Part shown: one piece after another, positions 1 to 9,018 of the stretch
How the letters are laid out: each line of letters starts with the position of its first letter
How positions within the stretch are numbered: the first letter of the stretch is position 1
DNA from: Faecousia sp.
GTDB taxonomy: Bacteria; Bacillota; Clostridia; Oscillospirales; Oscillospiraceae
DNA length: 64,000 nucleotides
Direction of reading: 5' to 3'
Assembly: GCA_051867285.1 (NCBI GenBank)
Contig: JBJDYL010000097.1
Span: 740-64,739 of the forward strand
Notes under the pieces: model-generated
Seen by the model: the letters and a program-made list of their open reading frames with translations, nothing else
The model's database searches: none
What the model was told of the DNA's origin: nothing
Program-made: the position numbers and the translations under genes

Positions 1-855
1 GAGAATGTAGGACATGGCTTTCCACTTGACAGGAGCCTTTTCCAGCGCCTTGACAATGTCAGCAATCTCCTCCGGCTGGAAGTAGTCTGCCTCGTGCTTG
101 GGTACTTTGGGCGGCGAGGCTTTCGCGGCGGGATTATAAGGGACAAGCATTTCCTTATCCGCCTGCGCCATTATCATGGAGATCAGGCGGTGATGCTCCA
201 GAATGGTTTTGTTGGACAGGGGTTTCTTCCGATCAGACACGGTAAACAATTCGGATACGGTATACCCCAGTGCCTTTGCAATTCCTTCGGCGGTTTCCAG
301 TTTCACTGCATCCCCGTTCAGAATGGCGTTCAATGTGGTATGGGCAATGCCGGATTCTTTTGCGATAACATGCTTTGGCTGACCCAGTGCTTCCACTTTT
401 TTCTTCAACACCTTCTTCGCCACAGCGATGGCTCCCAGATTCCGGACACCATTCTCGGACAGCGTTTTGTAAAAATCATTCAGATGCTGCGGGCGAATCT
501 GTGTCAGCTTCAGATGCCCGATGGCGTCGTTAATCCTCGGGAGCATATCCCGATACCGCTCGATCGTGGTTGGTGCAAGACCGTTGCGCTCCTTCAAATC
601 CAGTACATAGTCTGCATAATCACAGAAGCGTTTGACTTTGTCGATCTCGTAGCCTGCCTGGATGACTTCCTCGAATTTGAAAGCAGCCGCCATCGCCTCC
701 CGCTCCATCTGCTTTTTACTCATGTTGGGACGGGGTGGTTTCCATATGATCCGCTTGCGAATCTGCTGCCCCTTCCAATTCAAACCGCCGGAAACATTCA
801 ATCGGTAGTGCAGTAGGTCACCATTTTTGTTATACCTTGGTTCAATATATGCCAT
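1..855 (-). CDS. int: Tyrosine recombinase/integrase, N-terminal part (runs off the left edge of the window)
   Basis: Absent from the ORF track because there is no stop in the window. Hand translation from ATG at 855 (SD GAAAGGAG): MAYIEPRYNKNGDLLHYRLNVSGGLNWKGQQIRKRIIWKP...LAPTTIERYRDML...IGHLKLTQIRPQHLNDFY...LSNKTILEHHRLISMIMAQADKEMLVPYNPAAKASPPK...YFQPEEI. This fits arm-binding plus core-binding regions; it lies directly downstream of a xis-like gene. Confidence 0.88.
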   Translation of the reverse strand, partial: MAYIEPRYNKNGDLLHYRLNVSGGLNWKGQQIRKRIIWKPPRPNMSKKQMEREAMAAAFKFEEVIQAGYEIDKVKRFCDYADYVLDLKERNGLAPTTIERYRDMLPRINDAIGHLKLTQIRPQHLNDFYKTLSENGVRNLGAIAVAKKVLKKKVEALGQPKHVIAKESGIAHTTLNAILNGDAVKLETAEGIAKALGYTVSELFTVSDRKKPLSNKTILEHHRLISMIMAQADKEMLVPYNPAAKASPPKVPKHEADYFQPEEIADIVKALEKAPVKWKAMSYIL

Positions 856-928
856 ACAAAAACTCCTTTCTCAAATACTGGCTCACAGCTATCATAAACT
901 GTGAGCCGGCGTGTGACAAATGTGCGAC

Positions 929-1126
929 TTACTGTTCGCAGTTGACCCAACGCAGGAAGCCGTCCCAGGGAATCAGGTAGGTTCTGCCGATAACCTTGCA
1001 GGGCAGCTGCCTGGTGCGGATGGCACGGCGCAGGGTGTACTCGCTGATGTTGATGCCGGTGGCGTTGGCACGCTCCACGGTCTGCTTGATATTCATAACG
1101 CTCATATTCATAATCTTATCGTTCAT
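929..1126 (-). CDS. Excisionase-like helix-turn-helix protein
   Basis: 65 aa, ISEYTLRRAIRTRQLPCKVIGRTYLIPWDGFLRWV is a typical HTH_17/Xis pattern; immediately upstream of int. Confidence 0.8.
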   Translation of the reverse strand: MNDKIMNMSVMNIKQTVERANATGINISEYTLRRAIRTRQLPCKVIGRTYLIPWDGFLRWVNCEQ

Positions 1127-1967
1127 CGATGGATCTCCTTTTCCAGTTTCGTTCGAATTTTTCCAGTAATTGCAGAATTGTTTTCTGAATTCTCTCTGTG
1201 GTATAGTTCTTGGGGAAGTAACGGCGGATGTCTTTCATATCGAACCGCAGTTTTTCTTCCTGATTGGCTTTGGGCTGCTGCAACAGCTCCAAAATCCGGT
1301 CCATGTCCAGCGCTCCTGACTGGCTCAACTTTTTCAGCTGCTGGGACTGGGAAAGCGAGGGCGTGCAATCCTCGCTTTCCATGGTCTCCAGCAAATCCCG
1401 CTGCTGAGATTCCGTCAGATAGGAAAGCTCCACGGCGGGGGTCAAGGCAATTTTCTTTTCATCCACCATCTGCAAAATCTCAGGGATGAGATAGGTCAGG
1501 CGTACATATCTCTGAATCTGATTGCGGCTTTCGCCGGACTGTTGTGCAATGAGTTCGTCTGTTCTCAACTTCGTCCCAAGTTGAGACGAAGTTCCCTGAT
1601 GGCTCATTGCCTCCATCTTCATCTTGTACGCGAAGGCTTTCTCGCTGGGCAGCAGGTGCTCCCGGTGGAGGTTGCTGTCCACCAGTGCAATGATGGCGGC
1701 ATCCCGATCCATGGAATAGATTAAGGCAGGAACCGTTTCGATTCCTGCCTTTTGGCACGCCCGGAGTCTCCGATGACCGGAGATCACCTCATATTCCTCA
1801 GTATCGGTTTTTCGAACCACAATGGGCGTCAACAGCCCTTGGGTCAGGACGCTGAAAACCAGCTGGTCCATTTCGGCATCATCCTTCACCTGGAAAGGAT
1901 GATTTTCAAAGGGGCGTAGTTTGTCGATGGGTAAATACTCCGCGCGGGGTGGTGTGTTTGTCTGCAA
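1116..1967 (-). CDS. ParB/RepB/Spo0J family protein
   Basis: LPIDKLRPFENHPF, GLLTPIVVR, YEVISGHRRLRAC (ParB arginine patch), followed by an HTH. TTG start with SD AGGAGG. Confidence 0.92.
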   Translation of the reverse strand: MQTNTPPRAEYLPIDKLRPFENHPFQVKDDAEMDQLVFSVLTQGLLTPIVVRKTDTEEYEVISGHRRLRACQKAGIETVPALIYSMDRDAAIIALVDSNLHREHLLPSEKAFAYKMKMEAMSHQGTSSQLGTKLRTDELIAQQSGESRNQIQRYVRLTYLIPEILQMVDEKKIALTPAVELSYLTESQQRDLLETMESEDCTPSLSQSQQLKKLSQSGALDMDRILELLQQPKANQEEKLRFDMKDIRRYFPKNYTTERIQKTILQLLEKFERNWKRRSIDER

Positions 1968-2172
1968 GCTGTGTCCTCCTGTAATCCCGGTGCGTCAACG
2001 CACACCGAATAACTTGTTGCCGTGTCTTTTGCTCCATAGCTTTTTCTATATCCCCCTTGTTTACAAAAGGGAAGAGAAAAATAGTTGCAAGTTTTCAAGT
2101 AAAATCACCTCTTTTGAAAATTGGCTGGACAGAAAATGGTATTATCCTGTCAACAGGGCAAACCGGAGCTGT

Positions 2173-3480
2173 TTACGCCCAGCCATCCGGGAGTGCCAGC
2201 TGTTCTTCAATCAGCGGGAAGGATTCCTCTTTGATGCGCCGCCAGGAGCGTTGCTGCCCGTAGATTTCAAAGCGGTGCTGAGCACCCTTCTCCCAGCCGG
2301 TGACGGAATCATTCATGATACTGCCGATCTCCCGCAGCTCCTGTTGCTTCGGCTCAGACAAACCGTTGCCCAGCGCCTCCCGGTAGAGCATGAGAGAACA
2401 GACATATTCTCCCTTGTAGCTATCCAGGAATTTCTGAATCAGTCCGGCCTTGCTGTCCTCCGGCATAAATTCCCGCTGTGCAGTCCGTGCGATTTCTTCC
2501 AGCTCCGGGGGCAAAACCAGACTGTAGTTTCCGCTCTGGTAAATGGTCATAGCCTGTGCCCAGACCTGCTGAATGTACGCCCGGGAGGCAGCTTCGTCTG
2601 CCAGAATATGAGTTTCTGCTTTCTCCGCGTTGACCAGCACCGGGAGAAACCGGCGGTTGCCGCTTCTGTCCAGCGGCAGAAAGTCCATGGTATTGGAGGT
2701 GCCGGCAAACACGCACTGCCGGGGGCGATCCTTCGGGTATTTCTCATAGGGAACCTTATAGGTGTCCTTCTGGCGGCTCAGGAAGGATTTGATTTCCTCA
2801 ATGCTCTTGGCGTTGGCGGTTGCCAGCATCTCTGCCATCTCAATAATCCAGTGCCCGTAGAGCATCCGGTACAGATTGTCGTCCGACAGCTTTTTGATGT
2901 CATCCGAAAACCAACTGTCATTCATGGCCAGCAGGCGGATAAATGTGGACTTGCCTGCGCCCTGCCCGCCCACCAGACACAGCATGGTATCGAATTTGCT
3001 GCCCGGATGGAAAACCCGCTGAATCGCGCCCAGCAGAAAGATTTTGAAGGCTTCCGTTGTGTATGGGGTTTTCTCTACACCCAGAAACTTGGTCAGTGCA
3101 TTGCAGATGCGCTCCTCACCATCCCATTGCAGCCCCAGCAAAACATCACAGATGGGGTGGTAGTGCGCCTCGTTTGCCACAATATCCAGCGCGCACTGAA
3201 TGTTCTTTTCCGCAGTGATGCTGTAGTTCTCCTCGAAATACAGCCGCAGGTAGTTGAGATCCGTGTCTGTTACCGCTGTATCAGAACGCCGCCAGCCCAG
3301 ATCCTTCTCAATGTCGATCCGCTCGGTCAGACTGTTACGGCGGATGGAACCTTTCAGAAGCGGGTCATTCTGGAAGACTAGCATACAGTTTCCGAGGCTC
3401 TGCATGACGGCTCCCTTATTGTTCGTCTGGAGCATCAGACGGATTTCCTCTTTTGTCATAGTCGTGGATTCGCTGTTCAT
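2173..3480 (-). CDS. Virulence-associated E (VapE/VirE) family P-loop ATPase/helicase
   Basis: Walker A GGQGAGKST, WIIEMAEM, KSFLSRQKDTYKVPY, RQCVFAGTSN, DRSGNRRF. Start set at MNSEST (3480). Confidence 0.88.
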   Translation of the reverse strand: MNSESTTMTKEEIRLMLQTNNKGAVMQSLGNCMLVFQNDPLLKGSIRRNSLTERIDIEKDLGWRRSDTAVTDTDLNYLRLYFEENYSITAEKNIQCALDIVANEAHYHPICDVLLGLQWDGEERICNALTKFLGVEKTPYTTEAFKIFLLGAIQRVFHPGSKFDTMLCLVGGQGAGKSTFIRLLAMNDSWFSDDIKKLSDDNLYRMLYGHWIIEMAEMLATANAKSIEEIKSFLSRQKDTYKVPYEKYPKDRPRQCVFAGTSNTMDFLPLDRSGNRRFLPVLVNAEKAETHILADEAASRAYIQQVWAQAMTIYQSGNYSLVLPPELEEIARTAQREFMPEDSKAGLIQKFLDSYKGEYVCSLMLYREALGNGLSEPKQQELREIGSIMNDSVTGWEKGAQHRFEIYGQQRSWRRIKEESFPLIEEQLALPDGWA

Positions 3481-4006
3481 ATTCCTTGATTTTCTCCTTG
3501 TAGTGCAAATAAATATCCTGTTTATCTTCCTCCGCACCAAAGGACAGTTCCCACAGCAGTTCCTTTACTGTGGTACTGTTTTGAAGTGCTTCTGTAAAGA
3601 GGGGCGGGAAGTCCTCACCCGGATTGGGCGGTCTGGACTTCCACTTCACGAGCAGCAGATTGTATTCCCGCAGAACCTCCCGGGCGTGATACACCCAGTC
3701 CTCAAATTTTCGCTGCGCCGGGGATTTCTGGATGACAGGCACATCGCCGCCGACGATTCCGAAATCCACTTCCAGTTTCCGTGCAGCGGAACCGACGCTG
3801 ATTCCAAATAATCGGGCGGTGAAGGTGATCACATCTCCTACGGCCCCGCAGCCGAAGCAGTAGAAGGTTTCGTCCACCTTCATGCTGGGCGTGTGATCAT
3901 TGTGAAAGGGGCAGCGGCACATACCGCGGGAATTGACGGAAAGCCCGTAGGCATCCGCCGCCTGCCGGGTTGTGACTGCCTGTTTGATTTGTGCAAAGTT
4001 GATCAT
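3416..4006 (-). CDS. CHC2 zinc-finger protein (primase-type zinc-binding domain)
   Basis: CPFHNDHTPSMKV..FYCFGCGAVGDVI. SD AGAAAGGA before ATG at 4006. Confidence 0.88.
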   Translation of the reverse strand: MINFAQIKQAVTTRQAADAYGLSVNSRGMCRCPFHNDHTPSMKVDETFYCFGCGAVGDVITFTARLFGISVGSAARKLEVDFGIVGGDVPVIQKSPAQRKFEDWVYHAREVLREYNLLLVKWKSRPPNPGEDFPPLFTEALQNSTTVKELLWELSFGAEEDKQDIYLHYKEKIKEYEQRIHDYDKRGNPSDAPDEQ

Positions 4007-4142
4007 GGCGATTCCTTTCTTGCGTTTCTGGGAGGTGATTCTTTCAGGCATAAGAAAAGGCCTCCACCTCCGCAAAAAGCGGAAATGGAGGCGTGATTGG
4101 AACAATTCGTCCCCGTGCCGAGTAAAGCGTGAGTCTAGAATG

Positions 4143-4181
4143 AAAAAGCCCGTCGAGCGTGCTGCGCTCGATGGGCTTTTT
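4143..4181. terminator. Bidirectional intrinsic terminator
   Basis: AAAAAGCCCGTCGAGCG-TGCTG-CGCTCGATGGGCTTTTT. Confidence 0.6.
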
Positions 4182-4183
4182 GT

Positions 4184-4495
4184 TCAGGTATATGCTGTTT
4201 TTAGTTCCTTTGCCAGAAGCATTCCCACTTGCACACCATGCACAAATCCGGCTTGTTCGTAGTCCCGGCAAAGGGCGCAGACGGGATTCACGATCGTATC
4301 CATCTCCCGCAGGGGTAATTCGTTCATTGCCTGGTACAATTCCCGGAAACCGGCTTTAATCTCATCATTATCCATGTTGTTTGCATCATTGTATGCTTCA
4401 TACAAAAGGGTCAGGGCAGAATTGCCATCGCCAAAGTTCGGCGGTTTATCGGCAATATAGCGGTCAAGAAAAGAAACAAATTCCTGTGCAGTCAT
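4184..4495 (-). CDS. Hypothetical protein of mobile-element type
   Basis: 103-aa ORF overlapping the tnpV stop; helical, ending in a GFVHGVQVGMLLAKEL motif. Confidence 0.65.
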   Translation of the reverse strand: MTAQEFVSFLDRYIADKPPNFGDGNSALTLLYEAYNDANNMDNDEIKAGFRELYQAMNELPLREMDTIVNPVCALCRDYEQAGFVHGVQVGMLLAKELKTAYT

Positions 4496-4839
4496 TTATA
4501 AATCAGCTCCTCACGGAGTATTTCCTCCGCCCTGTCCCGGATGTTGTTCATGCGCTGCACCCATTGCATTGGGTCTCTGGCTTTCAATGCTTCCGTGATT
4601 TCCTCGGCGGCTTTCATCTGGGATACCAGCGTGTCCAGCCGTAGCTGCGCCTGTTCGTTCAGGTCTGAAAGATAGGTCCAAAGCTTCCCGGACAGAATCA
4701 GATTGGTGTAGGTAATGGGATGCGTTGCCTTCAGGTATTCCCGGTGCATCCGCCCCCATTTCCCGATGGGTCGTGTCTCCTCCGGCAAGGTCAGGTCGGG
4801 AATGTAATAATCCCCACATTTGACATATGCGATTTCCAT
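4492..4839 (-). CDS. tnpV: TnpV family protein
   Basis: MEIAYVKCGDYYIPDL...IGKWGRMHREYLK...ITEALKARDPMQWVQRMNNIRDRAEEILREELIY. SD GGAGG supports the start at 4839. Confidence 0.88.
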   Translation of the reverse strand: MEIAYVKCGDYYIPDLTLPEETRPIGKWGRMHREYLKATHPITYTNLILSGKLWTYLSDLNEQAQLRLDTLVSQMKAAEEITEALKARDPMQWVQRMNNIRDRAEEILREELIYK

Positions 4840-5906
4840 ATTGCTTACCTCCTGATTTGGTGTAAACCCATTGTACTGGAGATTCACCCAATGCGCGAAT
4901 GTGCGAAAGAAGGCTTGCGTATAAACATGGATCTGTAATCCCATATTTGTCCTCGACGCCCTGAGATACGGGAAGTCACCAGATGGCAGCTTGCTGTGCT
5001 GCTCCATAGGAATCTAACCTCCCCGCCTTCCTTATGGCCGGGCCGCGAGTTACGGAAGTATCATTATCCCTGTGCAGGTTCGTCGCTGTGCCGGTTGCAA
5101 TCCGACATTTTGGGGCTGGCATGAATCGCTGTTCCTTTTCGGGAAGTCTCGGCGTGCCGCCCACATAGCTCCTTGCACGGTAATGTATCTGGTGAATGAT
5201 ATTCAGTTTTCAAGATTCAGGTTGTGGCTTTTTACATGCGTATTGTACCGATTCCAAAGGGCTTCCAACAGGGACTGGTTGTGCTACTTTTTCCTACTTT
5301 GCTAGCACAAATAGTGCTAGTTCCACCTGACGGGTGGTAACGGACTGCACGCTCAGAACGTTCGCTCTGTTTGCTATTATTCTAAAGGAAATGGATTCCG
5401 TTTTTTAGGAACTAACTTGTCACATTATGGTAGCGGTTGATCACATTTGCGTATTTTTCGCCAGCGCGGTCAGCTGCGAGGCGATATCCAGAAGCGCTGT
5501 ATCTTCATCCTCCAAATGTTGCAAAGGAGCTGCAGGCCATGGCAGGCTTCCCTTTTTCTACATCGTGCAAACGAACTTTGTAAACGCACAGGGGAAAAGC
5601 TGGACTGGGGAAATGGATTATATGAACCACCGGGTAGAAACACATTGCAATAATGCCGGGGTGTCGCGTTTCGCGACTCCCCGGCATCTCTTCACAGATA
5701 ACCGGTCAAGCGTCTTCTGTACAAACTGTCCTGTATTCTGTATAGTTTCCTCTGCCTCCGGTCGCCCCTGTAAATCTTCCCGATTTTATTCATTTGATTA
5801 TCTTTAACGTTAGAAGGGTGTCGCGAAACGCGACACCCTTTCGAGATTTGACAAAAGTGCGCACGACTGATCACCGCGCGGAATACTATTAATTTCATCT
5901 TTATTC

Positions 5907-6004
5907 TCACACACATTTATTCAACGAGTGTGTGTGAATTTTTGTTGCATTCTTGTCACCTGGTGGATATAATAAAATAAGGGCACACAAAAACAGCATG
6001 TGTG
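5907..6004 (+). promoter_or_regulatory. sigmaA promoter of the abiE operon, flanked by two inverted repeats
   Basis: TTGCAT (5945-5950)-17 bp-TATAAT (5968-5973). IR1 TCACACACA-N13-TGTGTGTGA (5907-5937); IR2 CACACA-N9-TGTGTG (5984-6004). Confidence 0.7.
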
Positions 6005-6035
6005 AGCGAATTTTATGTTGAAAGCAGGTGATTGC

Positions 6036-6641
6036 GTGGATCTTCGTGCAGCCGCAAGGGATGTAATCGAGAGCAAAGGCGGCATCGCCAAATCCGCTGA
6101 TTTTGTAACAGCAGGAATCCGTGCAGTCGATGTTATCAGTCTGTGCAATGCCGGTTACCTGGATCGTGTTCGGCATGGCTACTATCAAATGGCCGAGCAG
6201 AATAAAGCCACGGAGGAGCAGATGCTGGCGACACTGATTCCCCAAGGCATCGTATGCGTGGAATCCGCGCTATTCTATTACGGATACAGTGACTTTGCAC
6301 CGCGTAAGTGGTCTGTTGCCGTTCCACGAACGATATCCAGAACGAAGCTGGATGTAGATGCTCTTCCTCTGCAAACCTATTTTGTTCAGCAGGATCTGTA
6401 TGAGCTGGGAAAAACCACCGGGGACTTCCATGGTGTTACGCTGCCTGTATATGACAGGGAGCGTACAATCTGCGATTGCTTCAAGTATCGTTCCCGACTG
6501 GATACAGAACTGTTTTCCAAGGCACTGAATGCTTATGCAAACGATCCCAAAAAGAACCTGAACAACCTTTCCATATACGCAAAAAAACTGCGAGTATATA
6601 AAAAAGTAATCGAACTGATGGAGGTGCTTCTTAATGGCTGA
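6036..6641 (+). CDS. abiEi: AbiEi family type IV TA antitoxin/transcriptional regulator
   Basis: N-terminal wHTH (LDRVRHGYY), GIVCVESALFYYG, VYDRERTICDCFKYR. GTG at 6036 follows SD AGGTGA (the track ORF starts at 6015). Confidence 0.88.
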   Translation: MDLRAAARDVIESKGGIAKSADFVTAGIRAVDVISLCNAGYLDRVRHGYYQMAEQNKATEEQMLATLIPQGIVCVESALFYYGYSDFAPRKWSVAVPRTISRTKLDVDALPLQTYFVQQDLYELGKTTGDFHGVTLPVYDRERTICDCFKYRSRLDTELFSKALNAYANDPKKNLNNLSIYAKKLRVYKKVIELMEVLLNG

Positions 6642-7533
6642 TATGGCAGCGTCTGTACTGGCAAGACTGAAAAATAAAGCCGCTGCAAGCGGGAGAAGCC
6701 ACCAGCTGTGCCTGCAGCTCTTTTGCCAGGAAGAATTCCTGCGTCGTCTGGAAAAATCCAGATATGCCGAGAACTTTGTTCTGAAGGGCGGACTGTTTGT
6801 ATATGCGGTTACGGACTTTGACAGCCGAGTGACCGTTGATGTGGACTTCCTGCTTCGCAGGATTCCCAATACCCCGGAGCAGGTAAAAGCGGTGCTTGAG
6901 GAGATTATTGCCGTTCCCAGCGAAAATGATTTTGTGACCTTTGAAATCAAGAGTGTTGCGCCGATTGCCGTAACCAAGAAATATGCCGGTGTGGGCGCAA
7001 CGGTGGTGGCCAGGATCAAAAACACCCGGACACCTTTCGGCATTGATTTTGGTATCGGCGATGTCATCGTTCCGAAGCAGGAGAAGCGGAAAATCCCCAC
7101 TCAGCTGGAAGGGTTCGATGCTCCGATGGTCAATACATATTCTCTGGAGACCACCATTGCGGAAAAGCTGGACGCGATTCTGAATCTGATGGAGTTCTCC
7201 AGCCGCATGAAGGATTACTACGATATTTATTATCTTGCCAATAAGTTCGATTTTGACGGAGCAGTGCTGACGGAGGCTCTGAGAAAGACCTTTGCCAATC
7301 GCAGCCATGTCTTCACAGTTGCACAGTTTGAGCAGATTGTCGCATTCGATGGTGATGAAGCCATGCAGAAAAAGTGGCGGGCGTTCTGCCGGAAAACGGA
7401 CATCAAGACCGATGATTATAGCACCGTGCTGCAAACGATCAAGGTTTTCCTTACAAAACCATTCACTGCAGCGGTGGACGGTGGATCATTTAATGAGAAG
7501 TGGTACGCATCAACGCAGTGTTGGCTGTTCTGA
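6634..7533 (+). CDS. abiEii: AbiEii family nucleotidyltransferase toxin
   Basis: FVLKGGLF...RVTVDVDF, YSLETTIAEKLDAI, SRMKDYYDIY; overlaps abiEi. Confidence 0.92.
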   Translation: MADMAASVLARLKNKAAASGRSHQLCLQLFCQEEFLRRLEKSRYAENFVLKGGLFVYAVTDFDSRVTVDVDFLLRRIPNTPEQVKAVLEEIIAVPSENDFVTFEIKSVAPIAVTKKYAGVGATVVARIKNTRTPFGIDFGIGDVIVPKQEKRKIPTQLEGFDAPMVNTYSLETTIAEKLDAILNLMEFSSRMKDYYDIYYLANKFDFDGAVLTEALRKTFANRSHVFTVAQFEQIVAFDGDEAMQKKWRAFCRKTDIKTDDYSTVLQTIKVFLTKPFTAAVDGGSFNEKWYASTQCWLF

Positions 7534-7649
7534 ACAAGCAGCATGGAATCAATAAGCAGTAAAGAACAGTACACGATTCTACGATAAAAGATATATTGCA
7601 GCATACTGCAACGGACTAACTACTAAATACTGATCAGGGTGGCGATTAG

Positions 7650-8435
7650 ATGAGATTTGGTACTTTTTTACTTCGTGTTGATAACAGGCAGGAAGCATCG
7701 CTGGACGATCTGAAACGGGTATGTGAAATTGGTTTAAAGAGGTTTCAGCCTCTTGGTCAAAAGAATCTATATATGATTGATACGGATATCATAGATGACC
7801 GTTATTTCTGGTTGTCATGTGACTATGATGATGCTGTTATCTTTAAGGATTATGTTGTCAACCAAGAAACCGGTGAGACCGAGCCCAATCCGAGAAGTAA
7901 AAACCAAGTTGAGCTCAAGAAACAGTTTTTCGTGTGTTATGATACCCAGAGCCATTTTCTGTATATAAGCGATTTGGGACGCAGAGCGACACTGACTGCA
8001 TATTTATCTGACTCAATCCAAAAGAATTTTTCAATCAAAAATGTATATGCTTCGGTCGATGAATTCTGTGAAAGGATAAAATCCATTCGCGGGTTTAAGT
8101 ACACCCAGGTCAATAATATTTTTGGTCGGGCAAGCGATATCTTTCAGCAGGTCGGCGATATATGGGGATTAGATTTGCCTTCCAAAGTGCAGTTGAAGGT
8201 TGGCTATGACGATATCCCTGTTCATGAAGGCCGCGCATTGATTGACAGGTTCCATCGGAAACGAGAGGAGTTTCAAGAAGTAATCGTTATTGGTGTAGAC
8301 GACGAAGGTGTTGAGCAGACATTTGACTTCTCCTCTGTCATCAAAAGAATTGACATTTCTCCAATAAAGGATGAAAATGAGCAGTATGACCCACGAGAAG
8401 TCAGAGAATTGCTACTGGCTGAGTTGAGGAAATAG
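7650..8435 (+). CDS. Hypothetical soluble protein (261 aa), candidate defence component
   Basis: Long ORF, visibly AT-richer than the flanks; only 3 bp from the next gene. Confidence 0.75.
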   Translation: MRFGTFLLRVDNRQEASLDDLKRVCEIGLKRFQPLGQKNLYMIDTDIIDDRYFWLSCDYDDAVIFKDYVVNQETGETEPNPRSKNQVELKKQFFVCYDTQSHFLYISDLGRRATLTAYLSDSIQKNFSIKNVYASVDEFCERIKSIRGFKYTQVNNIFGRASDIFQQVGDIWGLDLPSKVQLKVGYDDIPVHEGRALIDRFHRKREEFQEVIVIGVDDEGVEQTFDFSSVIKRIDISPIKDENEQYDPREVRELLLAELRK

Positions 8436-8438
8436 TTT

Positions 8439-8918
8439 ATGTACAAACGTCATAAGTGGCTAATTGCAGCGATTTTTGTTGCCGTTTTTATTGTGGCAGC
8501 GTTTCTGAAAGCCGACTATTCCGAGATTGCAGAGTCTAGTATTTCTGTTATGGCGATTGCCATAGCGGTGTATATTGGAGCAACCTCTGTTATACTTGGA
8601 AGTGCCTATGCAGAGAAAATGAAAAGTCAAGTTGATCCTGAGATTAGAACAAGTAGCAGTCTTGGGGTATTGGCTTCGTATTTAAGGACGGCAGGCGCTT
8701 TTGGCATTGGAACAATTGTAATCAGCACCATGTATTCTCTTGGGATTGACAACCAACAACTTATGGTCCATTTTTCGGGCAATCATCATTTAGAGTGGAT
8801 TGTGGTGTCGATACATAATGTTATTTCTTCGCTGGCTTGTGGCTTATTCGCTGTAAACATTGTCTTCATGTATTTGATCCTTGTCTTTCTAATTAACTCT
8901 ATGACAAAATCTGTGTAA
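8439..8918 (+). CDS. Hypothetical membrane protein (about 4 TM segments)
   Basis: Four hydrophobic stretches; coupled to the upstream ORF; AT-rich. Confidence 0.75.
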   Translation: MYKRHKWLIAAIFVAVFIVAAFLKADYSEIAESSISVMAIAIAVYIGATSVILGSAYAEKMKSQVDPEIRTSSSLGVLASYLRTAGAFGIGTIVISTMYSLGIDNQQLMVHFSGNHHLEWIVVSIHNVISSLACGLFAVNIVFMYLILVFLINSMTKSV

Positions 8919-9018
8919 TCATACCAAGCCCCTAAACGTTCTGAATCTGAACAGTTCCGATTACACAAGGTGCCTTAGGGACGACGAGATTATTTGAATG
9001 ATTGTGGAGGGAAATACA

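Noticed and set aside
94-816. 240-aa plus-strand ORF
   Set aside because: Antisense to the integrase, which the track missed because it has no stop inside the window.
1921-3381. 486-aa plus-strand ORF
   Set aside because: Shadow of the VapE gene; no recognisable motifs.
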